This document shows, piece after piece, positions 47,944 through 56,619 of a stretch of DNA of 64,000 nucleotides. Source of the stretch: a virus; IMG/VR virus record IMGVR_UViG_3300023174_000090, positions 47,557 to 111,556 of that record; one strand, written 5' to 3'. Positions within the stretch are counted from its first letter, which is position 1, and every line of letters starts with the position of its first letter. A program made the translations under genes and the position numbers. The notes beneath the pieces are model-generated. The model was not told the DNA's origin, did not search any database, and saw nothing but the letters and a program-made list of their open reading frames with translations.

Positions 47944-48408
47944 ATGAAATTTGATACATTAGTTAAAAATTTAATAGAATCAGTGGATACAGAACATAAG
48001 GTTGGTGGTGAACATTGGGCAAAAATGGGAGATGATGAAGGTAATACCAACTATGTTTATGTTAAAGATATTTTAGATGCCGCAGACAAAACTATAAAAA
48101 CTAAAATAGTTAAAACGGATAAATTTAATAAACCAGTAATAGCCAAACCGAAAAATGTTAAAAAATACGCAGATGATATGAAGAATGGTAATTGGGATTG
48201 GGAAAAATCTGGCCCGATTTATGGTGATTTGTGGGAAGGTAAATATGGGGCTTTTGACGGAAACCATAGATTAGCTGCTGCGATTGAAGCTGGTTTAGAA
48301 GAAGTTCCATTCAAAAACGTTGGAGATATAATAAGCAAGGCAATTTCAAATAAAAAAAGAAACAAAGAAACAATTATCGGTGGTGTTAAAATAAGAGTTA
48401 AAATATAA
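47944..48408 (+). CDS. ParB/Sulfiredoxin-like domain protein
   Basis: YADDMKNGNW...PI...FDGNHRLAAAIEAGLEEVP motif. Confidence 0.75.
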   Translation: MKFDTLVKNLIESVDTEHKVGGEHWAKMGDDEGNTNYVYVKDILDAADKTIKTKIVKTDKFNKPVIAKPKNVKKYADDMKNGNWDWEKSGPIYGDLWEGKYGAFDGNHRLAAAIEAGLEEVPFKNVGDIISKAISNKKRNKETIIGGVKIRVKI

Positions 48409-48414
48409 AATTAT

Positions 48415-50064
48415 ATGACAAACAAATACGAATGGCTAAACAAAGACTCACGAAAATTTCTCGAAAGAGGTTATTTGTTAGAGGGAGAAACAGCAGAACA
48501 AAGAATTAGAGATATCGCAGAAACAGCAGAAAGATATCTAAACTTAAAAGGATTTGCTGATAAATTCGAAGACTATATGGCAAAAGGTTTCTACTCTTTG
48601 TCTAGCCCAATCTGGAGCAATCTTGGAAGAACAAGAGGTCTTCCTATTAGTTGTTTTGGATCATATATACCGGATACAATGGAAGGTATTATGAATAAAG
48701 TTTCAGAAGTTGCCATGATGACTAAACATGGTGGTGGAACTTCTGCTTATTTTGGTAAATTGAGAGGAAGGGGAACTCCTATCGCATCTGGTGGTGAATC
48801 TACTGGTTCTGTGCATTTCATGGAACTATTCGATAAGTTAATGAATGTCGTTTCTCAAGGAAGCGTTAGAAGAGGATCGTTCGCGTCATATCTTTCAATC
48901 GATCATCCAGACATTGAAGAATTTTTAAAAATTAAGTCAGAAGGAAACCCAATTCAAAACCTTTCTATTGGTGTTTGCGTATCCGACGAATGGATGAAAT
49001 CGATGATTTCTGGTGATAAAGAAAAAAGAAAACTATGGGGAGATGTTATTAAAAAAAGATTTGAAAGTGGATACCCTTATATTTCATTTACAGATACATT
49101 GAATAATAATGCACCACAAGTCTATAAAGATAAAGGTCTTAAAATATATGCTCAAAATTTGTGTAATGAAATAGCACTTTCAACATCAGAAGACGAATCT
49201 TTTGTTTGTGATCTTTCATCTCTTAATCTAGAGAAATGGGAAGAATGGAAAGATACTGATGCTGTTGAAACATTAGTTTATTTTTTGGATGCCGTGATGA
49301 CAGAGTTTATCAATAAAACTGAAAATATAGAGTTCATGCAAGCACCTAGAAAATTCGCTATCAATCAGAGAGCATTAGGTGTTGGTGTGTTAGGTTGGCA
49401 TTCTTTATTGCAATCTAAAATGGTAGGGTTTGAATCGTTTGATGCTAAAATATTGAATAACCAAATATGGAAATTTATAAGAGAAAAATCTGATTCGGCT
49501 TCTGAACAATTAGCAAAAGAATATGGTGAACCTCCATTGTTGGAAGGATATGGTAGAAGAAATACAACAACTCTTGCTGTTGCACCAACCACTTCATCGA
49601 GTTTTATTTTGGGTCAAGTATCTCCAAGTATAGAACCAGTGGAATCTTGTTATTATGTCAAAGATCTTGCTAAAGGTAAATTTTCATACAAAAATCCTTA
49701 TCTTAAAAAATTATTAAAACAAAAGGATAAAAACGATGATGATACATGGAAATCAATTCTGTTGCACGGAGGAAGCGTTCAACACTTGGATTTTTTAACA
49801 CAAGAAGAAAAAGACGTATTTAAAACGTTCGGGGAAATATCACAAAAAGAAATTATTATTCAAGCAGCACAACGACAAAAATATATTGATCAAGGACAAT
49901 CTTTAAATATTATGGTTAGTTCCGATACAAAGGCTAAAGAAATAAATGAACTAATGATATTTGCATGGGAACAAGGTATTAAAGGTTTATACTATCAAAG
50001 AAGCGGAAATGCTGCTCAGAATCTTGCACGAAATATTTTGAGTTGTAAATCATGTGAATCTTAA
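48415..50064 (+). CDS. nrdA: Ribonucleotide reductase class I alpha subunit (short, no ATP cone)
   Basis: SSPIWSN, PISCF, GGGTS, QGSVRRG, QNLCNEI, VCDL, APTTSSS, IDQGQSLN, LYY, C-terminal CKSC. Confidence 0.96.
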   Translation: MTNKYEWLNKDSRKFLERGYLLEGETAEQRIRDIAETAERYLNLKGFADKFEDYMAKGFYSLSSPIWSNLGRTRGLPISCFGSYIPDTMEGIMNKVSEVAMMTKHGGGTSAYFGKLRGRGTPIASGGESTGSVHFMELFDKLMNVVSQGSVRRGSFASYLSIDHPDIEEFLKIKSEGNPIQNLSIGVCVSDEWMKSMISGDKEKRKLWGDVIKKRFESGYPYISFTDTLNNNAPQVYKDKGLKIYAQNLCNEIALSTSEDESFVCDLSSLNLEKWEEWKDTDAVETLVYFLDAVMTEFINKTENIEFMQAPRKFAINQRALGVGVLGWHSLLQSKMVGFESFDAKILNNQIWKFIREKSDSASEQLAKEYGEPPLLEGYGRRNTTTLAVAPTTSSSFILGQVSPSIEPVESCYYVKDLAKGKFSYKNPYLKKLLKQKDKNDDDTWKSILLHGGSVQHLDFLTQEEKDVFKTFGEISQKEIIIQAAQRQKYIDQGQSLNIMVSSDTKAKEINELMIFAWEQGIKGLYYQRSGNAAQNLARNILSCKSCES

Positions 50065-50065
50065 T

Positions 50066-50485
50066 ATGAAAATAAAACTACTAGCGACGAACGCTAAAGC
50101 TCCGGTTAGAGCTAATGATTGTGCGGCGGGATATGACCTATTCTCCCTATACAATTATACTCTTTATCCACATCAAAGAGTATTAGTTCAAACTGGAATT
50201 GCAATGGAAATACCAGATGGGTATTATGGAAGAATAGCACCTCGTTCGGGTCTTGCGATGAAAAAAGGAATTGATATTATGGCGGGAGTTATTGATTCGG
50301 ATTATCGCGGAGAACTTGGAGTTTTACTTTTAAATACAGATCCAGAAAAAGTGTTTTATATAGAATCGGGAGATAAAATTGCTCAGATTGTTTTTGAAAA
50401 ATATTATACTTTTGATATTGAAGTCTCTGATGAAATATCAAAAACAGCTAGAGGAGACGGAGGATTCGGATCAACAGGCAATTAA
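50066..50485 (+). CDS. dut: Trimeric dUTPase
   Basis: AGYDL, PRSGLA, GVIDSDYRGE, KIAQ, RGDGGFGSTG. Confidence 0.97.
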   Translation: MKIKLLATNAKAPVRANDCAAGYDLFSLYNYTLYPHQRVLVQTGIAMEIPDGYYGRIAPRSGLAMKKGIDIMAGVIDSDYRGELGVLLLNTDPEKVFYIESGDKIAQIVFEKYYTFDIEVSDEISKTARGDGGFGSTGN

Positions 50486-50740
50486 TCAATAAGAATCACC
50501 AGAATCTGAAGAATTTAAACAATCCTGAGCCAAAAAAACATCGGAGCAAAGAGAAGGAGTAATTGATACTAATAACTCCTTTCCACTTGCAAATGATAAA
50601 TCATACAAAAACCTATAATTAAGAGGTTTATAATTACGAGTTAATGTTGCTAATAAAGAATTGTCTAAATTATAATAGATGTTATAACTTAAATATGTTG
50701 CATATTGAACATTTATTGAACCAAAACTTGGAAATCTCAT
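50486..50740 (-). CDS. Hypothetical protein (uncertain)
   Basis: Fills the gap after dut; no recognisable motif. Confidence 0.3.
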   Translation of the reverse strand: MRFPSFGSINVQYATYLSYNIYYNLDNSLLATLTRNYKPLNYRFLYDLSFASGKELLVSITPSLCSDVFLAQDCLNSSDSGDSY

Positions 50741-50776
50741 ATTGATTATTTTTTAAAATATTTTATAATACTTACA

Positions 50777-51124
50777 ATGAAAATAAAATTACCAGAAACT
50801 ATACATGAACTTGGTCTAATTACGTTTAAAGAACCTATGTATATTGACCTATATCATGTAGATCGTCATAATCATCTAGCTTATTTTGAATGGGATTTTG
50901 GAATGGAATGTAAAGTATTTTTGGATTCTTGGATGTTGGAAAGTAGAGTACCAAAAGGAATTAAAAATAAAGTTTTAATGCAAATTCAGTATGATCTTGG
51001 TCATGCGTTTTTTCATTATGAGGGAGATCCAAACTATATGTATTATCATTGGGCATTAAAGGCATGGCTAAAGGATAGAGTTGATTTGGATGAAAATTTT
51101 GGACAAGATTCATACTACAAATAA
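50777..51124 (+). CDS. Hypothetical protein
   Basis: ORF preceded by TTGATT-16-TATAAT. Confidence 0.55.
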   Translation: MKIKLPETIHELGLITFKEPMYIDLYHVDRHNHLAYFEWDFGMECKVFLDSWMLESRVPKGIKNKVLMQIQYDLGHAFFHYEGDPNYMYYHWALKAWLKDRVDLDENFGQDSYYK

Positions 51125-51127
51125 TTG

Positions 51128-51156
51128 TTGACATTTTATCATTTCTACATTAATAT
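51128..51156 (+). promoter_or_regulatory. Sigma70-like early promoter
   Basis: TTGACA-17-TAATAT before the ATG at 51164. Confidence 0.6.
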
Positions 51157-51163
51157 TTAATAA

Positions 51164-51811
51164 ATGAAAAAGAAAACTAAACCATCTAAAAAAGTAGCAA
51201 TAGAATTTGATGAAAAGCATCTTGGCACTCTCGCAACAGCATTAGAAGTTTATTCTCGTCTTCGTTCTGGACAGATTAAATTTGCTATGGATGCTGCATA
51301 TTGGGATAAAGAATTAACATATCAAGATGGAGAAGTTCTTGAAAGCATGGTGAGAACTATCGTTTTTCATAAAGAAGAACAATTGATGAAACATAGAAAT
51401 GCTTATTATGGTGTTGGTTGCGAAAAAATGAAAGACGGCACAGTTGCATGGGAAATTAAAAAGACTATCGATCAATATTTACATTACCAAAGAAATAATG
51501 GTTATAGAAGTATTTGTAATGTTTCTGGTGATGGGGCTTTTCAAATTTCTGATGTTCCTATTCCAAAAATCATAGAACCCTCTCGTATGTTATCGGAATT
51601 TGCTTATTGGAAACCACAAAAAGAATTTAGGATTCCGCAAAGATATCAAGAACGTGTGGATAAAGCAATGAAAAGTAAAGACTTTACTTTAGTTTGGCAA
51701 ATAGTAGACAAGGCATTTAAGAATACCTTGCCAAAAGGTTCTAGTTCTAGTGTACAAGAAGTTGCTGGAACTTACTATGTAGTAATTACAGAACCATACA
51801 AAATGGATTGA
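51164..51811 (+). CDS. Hypothetical protein
   Basis: Intact 215-aa ORF. Confidence 0.6.
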   Translation: MKKKTKPSKKVAIEFDEKHLGTLATALEVYSRLRSGQIKFAMDAAYWDKELTYQDGEVLESMVRTIVFHKEEQLMKHRNAYYGVGCEKMKDGTVAWEIKKTIDQYLHYQRNNGYRSICNVSGDGAFQISDVPIPKIIEPSRMLSEFAYWKPQKEFRIPQRYQERVDKAMKSKDFTLVWQIVDKAFKNTLPKGSSSSVQEVAGTYYVVITEPYKMD

Positions 51812-51813
51812 TT

Positions 51814-52101
51814 ATGGAAAATATTATTGAAGAAATCACACAACTAACAGAAGAATGGTATTTTTTGATAGGAAAAGATCATCATAAAGATCGTGATTGT
51901 CATTGGTACGTAGAAACTAAATGGAGTTATGGACATCCTCCTATCTATACAGTTCAACATCACGGTTATATTCTTGATAGAATCGAAGAAGAATTTGCTT
52001 CATATGAAAAAGCATTGACTGTTTTAAGAGACACTTTAAAAGAAAAAATAGAAGAAGAAAAGAAATATCAAAAAGAAGAAAACGAAGAAAATGGATGGTA
52101 A
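51814..52101 (+). CDS. Hypothetical protein
   Basis: Intact ORF (HHKDRDCHW motif). Confidence 0.55.
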   Translation: MENIIEEITQLTEEWYFLIGKDHHKDRDCHWYVETKWSYGHPPIYTVQHHGYILDRIEEEFASYEKALTVLRDTLKEKIEEEKKYQKEENEENGW

Positions 52102-52357
52102 TAAATTTTACAGAATTAAAAAAGTTCAAAGAGATAAAAAAGAAATGTATTTCCCGCAAAAGAAAGGAACTTTTGGTTGGAGAAATGTTTATTATGATTT
52201 ATCATTTGAAACACTTCAAGGTGCTACAGGTTTTTTAGATGACTATACAACACCTGTTAGCAAAACAACAACATACATAGAATACAATAATCCAGACGCT
52301 AAATTAAAGCTTGACGTTTGGAGTAAATTCCTTCATATTTTTTGTGCTGACGTATGA
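52091..52357 (+). CDS. Hypothetical protein
   Basis: Intact ORF overlapping its neighbours. Confidence 0.5.
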   Translation: MDGNKFYRIKKVQRDKKEMYFPQKKGTFGWRNVYYDLSFETLQGATGFLDDYTTPVSKTTTYIEYNNPDAKLKLDVWSKFLHIFCADV

Positions 52358-53055
52358 AAACATTAAACAAAGACAAACCAATTTTATTTTTAGGAGATCA
52401 TCATGGAGAATGGTCATATCTTTTAGATATTTTAGATACTAAAAAAATAAGTGATTGTTATTTAATTAGTGTTGGAGATTCTGGAATTGGATTTACAGAT
52501 AAAGAAAATCAAGAAAAAAATAATCATTGGCTCAATGAAGAGTTTAAAGAACGAAATATTATCTTTATGGCTATTAGAGGTAATCATGATGATCCTATTT
52601 ATTATCAAGGACTTAACAGAGTTTTATTAAGTAATTTTGAACTAATTGAAGATTATACCTTGATGGAATATGGTGATAAAAAAATTCAATTCATTGGCGG
52701 TGCTACTTCAATCGATAGAACATCAAGAAGAGAAGATATTTCTTACTGGGAGGAAGAGGTTATTAATTTCAATAAAGATAAATGCAAAGAAGTAGATATT
52801 CTCGTAACTCATACTGCTCCTTCTTGGTGCTTTCCGCAACAGTTTAATGAAACGGTCTATGGCTGGGCAAACGAGGATGCTTATTTACTAGAAGACCTCA
52901 CAGAAGAAAGAGCAATAATGGATGAAATTTGTAAGCTATGTAAACCAAGACTTCATCTTTATGGTCATTTTCATAGCTCTTGGACCGAAAGAGTAAATGG
53001 ATGTGTACATAAATTGTTAGATATTAACGAAATTTGGAGTAGCATCGAGTTATGA
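52354..53055 (+). CDS. Calcineurin-like metallophosphoesterase
   Basis: GDHHG, VGDSG, RGNHD, GGATSIDR, VTHTAP, YGHFH. Confidence 0.9.
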   Translation: MKTLNKDKPILFLGDHHGEWSYLLDILDTKKISDCYLISVGDSGIGFTDKENQEKNNHWLNEEFKERNIIFMAIRGNHDDPIYYQGLNRVLLSNFELIEDYTLMEYGDKKIQFIGGATSIDRTSRREDISYWEEEVINFNKDKCKEVDILVTHTAPSWCFPQQFNETVYGWANEDAYLLEDLTEERAIMDEICKLCKPRLHLYGHFHSSWTERVNGCVHKLLDINEIWSSIEL

Positions 53056-53285
53056 TTTTTAAAACGATAAGTAGTATAGTGAAAGAAATAGTCGTAACTG
53101 CTGAATTTTCTTTTTATAATTCCTCTTTATACAGAGAATTTTTAGAAGAAAGGGAAGAAGTCTTGAAACACAAATGGTTAGAGAGTGAAAAGAAAGGCTA
53201 TGATATTGGTTATAGTACTGCTTTAATTGATTGGATTTTAAAACATAGGACTAATTGGAGAAATTATCGAAGAAATGAAAAATAG
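53052..53285 (+). CDS. Small DUF4032-like protein
   Basis: SSLYREFLEEREEVLKHKWLESEKKGYDIG...ALIDW..KHR. Confidence 0.7.
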   Translation: MIFKTISSIVKEIVVTAEFSFYNSSLYREFLEEREEVLKHKWLESEKKGYDIGYSTALIDWILKHRTNWRNYRRNEK

Positions 53286-53364
53286 AACAAAAAACATTTT
53301 AGCAGCAATAACATTTCTTCTAGCATCAATACTGTATTACTGGTTGATGGTTGTTTTAAAATAG
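53275..53364 (+). CDS. 29-aa single-TM peptide (not in the ORF track)
   Basis: MKNRTKNILAAITFLLASILYYWLMVVLK* fills the gap before the ligase. Confidence 0.5.
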   Translation: MKNRTKNILAAITFLLASILYYWLMVVLK

Positions 53365-53373
53365 TATTATTAG

Positions 53374-54459
53374 ATGAAAGTTAGTCTTCCTATAGAAGAA
53401 GGGTGTTTTAATATCACTCCAGATGAATTCTGCGGATTGTATTGCTGGCTGATAACACCGGAAATTGATGCGAAATGGAATAAAAATAACCTTTTTTATA
53501 GATCTTTAATTGTTGATAGAGAAGGAAATGTATTGTCTTCTGGTTGGCCTAAGTTTTTTAATTATGGAGAGAAACCAGAATGTTATCCAAATCCCGAACA
53601 ATACAATGATTGGAAATATGAAGAGAAAAAGGATGGTTCCCTTTTAATCGCTGATTTTGTAAATGATCAATTTTCTATGAGAACTAGGGGAACAGTAAGT
53701 TATGTTACTCAAAAAAACGCAAAGGATTTTGAATTACTAACTCAAAAGTATCCAACTATAGTCGAGTTCTTAAAAGAAAATCAACATCTTAGTTTATTGT
53801 TTGAGATCGTAACTCCTAATAATGTAATAGTTATTAGATCACCACAGATAGAATTTTATCTCTTGGGTGCGATCAATAAAAATAGTATGGAAATTGTTTC
53901 TTCTTCTGATTTATTAGAAATATGGAGACGGATCGGACCACTTCCTGTACCCCAACTTTATAATTTTTTAGATACCAATGATCTTTCCAAAATTGCTGAA
54001 AATATAAAATATTGGAAAGGTAAAGAGGGTATTGTTGTCTCTTATAACAATGGACAAAATAGAATCAAATTAAAATCGGACTGGTATAAATGGCTACATC
54101 GAATAAAATCTCAACTAAGTTCCGTCAAGAACCTTATTGATTATTATATAGAAAAAGAAATGCCTCACTATGAAGCCTTTTACGAGACAATCGAAACTGA
54201 ATTTGATTTTGAGATTGCGATTCAATTAAAAAAAGAAATAGAAAACATTTGTGAATCGGGAGAAAAATCAAAAAAATACATTGATCACATTTTGGAAGTA
54301 GTGCATGATATAAGAAAAGTTGAAACAAGAAAAGAACAAGCACTAATGATTAAAAGAAATTTTAAAGAAAATTCTTCATTTGTATTTTCTATTTTAGATG
54401 GTAAAATAATAACAAAAGAACAGTGGGCGAAACTTATAAATCAAAATTATGAAAGTTAA
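53374..54459 (+). CDS. rnlA: RNA ligase 1 (T4 RnlA-like)
   Basis: KFFNYGE, motif I EKKDGSL, RTRG, LFEIVTP.N.IV, EGIVV, KLKSDWY. Confidence 0.88.
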   Translation: MKVSLPIEEGCFNITPDEFCGLYCWLITPEIDAKWNKNNLFYRSLIVDREGNVLSSGWPKFFNYGEKPECYPNPEQYNDWKYEEKKDGSLLIADFVNDQFSMRTRGTVSYVTQKNAKDFELLTQKYPTIVEFLKENQHLSLLFEIVTPNNVIVIRSPQIEFYLLGAINKNSMEIVSSSDLLEIWRRIGPLPVPQLYNFLDTNDLSKIAENIKYWKGKEGIVVSYNNGQNRIKLKSDWYKWLHRIKSQLSSVKNLIDYYIEKEMPHYEAFYETIETEFDFEIAIQLKKEIENICESGEKSKKYIDHILEVVHDIRKVETRKEQALMIKRNFKENSSFVFSILDGKIITKEQWAKLINQNYES

Positions 54460-54661
54460 AGAACTAATTGAAGTATTACAAAAACTAGATCCAGAAACAC
54501 TCGTACTCGTAGATGGTTACGAAGGTGGGTATGCTGTTCCGATTGGTACAAAACAAATAGAAGTATGTGGTCCATTTGAAAGAGAATGGTACTATGGAGA
54601 ATACGACGATTGTAAAGAAGAAGAATTATTTAAAACCAAAGCGATCATCATATCGAGATAA
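54449..54661 (+). CDS. Hypothetical protein
   Basis: MKVKELIEVLQKLDP...DGYEGG, a common small phage protein pattern. Confidence 0.6.
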   Translation: MKVKELIEVLQKLDPETLVLVDGYEGGYAVPIGTKQIEVCGPFEREWYYGEYDDCKEEELFKTKAIIISR

Positions 54662-54670
54662 TTATTTAAT

Positions 54671-55057
54671 ATGAAAATAAAAAACACACTACTAGCACTA
54701 ATTGGAGCCTGTTCAATGTCATGCTCCACGACTCCAACAAACTCAGAATCTTGGATGACAAATCAAAAAAATGCCTGTCTTCCCACAGCAATTGCTTTTC
54801 GAGAAGGCTTGCAAAAATATGATGTTTGGTCCGAAGTTCTTAGGTATGAATGGATTGACAAAAAGACTCTAAAACAAAATGGTCATGCAATTGTGGTATA
54901 TATGTACCCAAAAGGACAGAATAAACTCTGGACATATGACTTTTGGGGTAGTTATAGAGTTCGCGCATTTAAGGACAATCCTTTACAAATTGCTAAAGAA
55001 GCAGTTAGAGTTAGATATGAGGATAGAGACGTTTATTTTGCAGAATTTATAAAGTAA
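54671..55057 (+). CDS. Putative lipoprotein with a papain/transglutaminase-like Cys-His-Asp triad
   Basis: Signal peptide ending ..SMSC; NACLPTA, GHAIVVY, WTYD. Confidence 0.5.
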   Translation: MKIKNTLLALIGACSMSCSTTPTNSESWMTNQKNACLPTAIAFREGLQKYDVWSEVLRYEWIDKKTLKQNGHAIVVYMYPKGQNKLWTYDFWGSYRVRAFKDNPLQIAKEAVRVRYEDRDVYFAEFIK

Positions 55058-55333
55058 ATGTATTTTAATTTATCATTAAGAAACTTTTGCAAACCAAGAA
55101 AAGACTTTGAAAAGTATTTTTCTTATTACAAGCAACTTTCTAAATATAAAAACTTAGAGTTCGAAACATGTTATTCGGGATACAACATTTTTCAATTTGA
55201 ATTAGATTTTTGTCCAATTGCAAAAGATCATGGCGGTTTGAATATAAATTTAAATTTTTTGGGATTTGAAGCTGGCTTGAGAATTTATGATTCCAGACAT
55301 TGGGATTATAAAAATTGGTGTTGGGAAGAATAG
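55058..55333 (+). CDS. Hypothetical protein
   Basis: Intact ORF (DHGG...IYDSRHW). Confidence 0.55.
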   Translation: MYFNLSLRNFCKPRKDFEKYFSYYKQLSKYKNLEFETCYSGYNIFQFELDFCPIAKDHGGLNINLNFLGFEAGLRIYDSRHWDYKNWCWEE

Positions 55334-55371
55334 TCTTGACATTATAATAAAATATATTAATATTGGGCTAT

Positions 55372-55881
55372 ATGAAACACGAAACAGAACTTGAATTTGT
55401 TAAAAAGTATCCGAAAATTCTAAGAGATTACAGAGGAGATCCAATGCAAACATGCATGGCGTTTGGAATTGAAACAGATGAGGGTTGGAATGATCTTCTA
55501 GACAAATGTATGGAGAAACTTCAATACTTTTGTGATATTTGTTCGAAGAATGGTACAGAGATACAAGTTGTTGCTAATCAAATTAAATCAAAATTTGCTA
55601 CGCTCCGTTTTTATTATAGTGGAGAGGGAGGAACAAAGATAGAATGGGACATTATTGATGACATTATTAATCAAGCAGAAGCAGAGTCCGCCAGAACATG
55701 CGAGATGTCAGGTAAACATGGAGAAGCGTGTAAAAAAGGTGGATGGTATATGACGCTATCTTATGAAGAAGCAAGAAAGCTAGGTTATGTAGCTTGTAAT
55801 GAATCAACCGAAGCATACTGGAAAGAAAAAGACGCAAAGGGAGAAAAAAATGACGACCACGATGAACCAGAAACAACTTGA
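55372..55881 (+). CDS. Conserved phage hypothetical protein
   Basis: GW..L, QIKSKFATLRFYY, SARTCE.SG pattern. Promoter TTGACA(55336)-16-TAATAT. Confidence 0.6.
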   Translation: MKHETELEFVKKYPKILRDYRGDPMQTCMAFGIETDEGWNDLLDKCMEKLQYFCDICSKNGTEIQVVANQIKSKFATLRFYYSGEGGTKIEWDIIDDIINQAEAESARTCEMSGKHGEACKKGGWYMTLSYEEARKLGYVACNESTEAYWKEKDAKGEKNDDHDEPETT

Positions 55882-56215
55882 AGAGTTTGCATTCTATGAA
55901 AGCGGACTGTCTGCTGATGGATGCTTACAAAAACTTGATCCATATACAAGAGAAGCAATTGAAAGATATGGTAAGATTCTTGTAGAAAAACAAAAAGAAA
56001 ACTTTATAGAAGGCTTTCAAGGAAGTTGTTATTGCTGCGAACCAGTAGGAATTCTAAATCAACAGTTAGAGGAAATTGCAAGAAAGCTTTATGGAGTTGT
56101 ATTACACTTACAAGCAATATCTAGTGATAAACCTATAGCAGTAATTGGAGATAGTCTCTATCAAGAAGCAGTAAATGCTATTAAAATGTATGAAGAATAT
56201 AATGCCAATTCTTGA
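55850..56215 (+). CDS. Hypothetical protein
   Basis: Intact ORF with a CYCC motif; start uncertain. Confidence 0.5.
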   Translation: MTTTMNQKQLEEFAFYESGLSADGCLQKLDPYTREAIERYGKILVEKQKENFIEGFQGSCYCCEPVGILNQQLEEIARKLYGVVLHLQAISSDKPIAVIGDSLYQEAVNAIKMYEEYNANS

Positions 56216-56363
56216 AAAAATCCTATTCCTTTTAGTTATTCTTGTATTGATACTATCGGCTTTTGTTTTTAGTTATTATATACAAGACCAAAGTAAATTA
56301 GACATGCAAGAACTGGAACAAATTGTAGAAAAAGAAATTATTCAATATCATGGAAAACACTAA
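56202..56363 (+). CDS. Small membrane protein
   Basis: One N-terminal hydrophobic helix. Confidence 0.5.
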   Translation: MPILEKILFLLVILVLILSAFVFSYYIQDQSKLDMQELEQIVEKEIIQYHGKH

Positions 56364-56619
56364 ATATTTATTTGAAGAAGTAACTGGCTGTACTGCATTT
56401 AATTTTTATGTAAATGATCAGCCTCTTTCTGAGATATCTTTAGAAAAACAAGAAGAAATATTAGATTATCTTTTTGTTAAGGTAAAAAAAGGTATTAAAG
56501 AAAATTCTATATCCTTTCAAAATGTTGTGCAATTGTTTCAATATGATGATTATGAACATGATCCAGAACCCTGTGAATCTTGTTATGATACGATTTCAAC
56601 AACGACTTGGAAAATATGA
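56350..56619 (+). CDS. Hypothetical protein
   Basis: GCTA...CESCYD. Confidence 0.55.
   Translation: MENTKYLFEEVTGCTAFNFYVNDQPLSEISLEKQEEILDYLFVKVKKGIKENSISFQNVVQLFQYDDYEHDPEPCESCYDTISTTTWKI

Noticed and set aside
8082-50064. Inteins or introns in polymerase, helicase, terminase or RNR genes
   Set aside because: All have normal or short lengths with continuous motifs and no splicing signatures.
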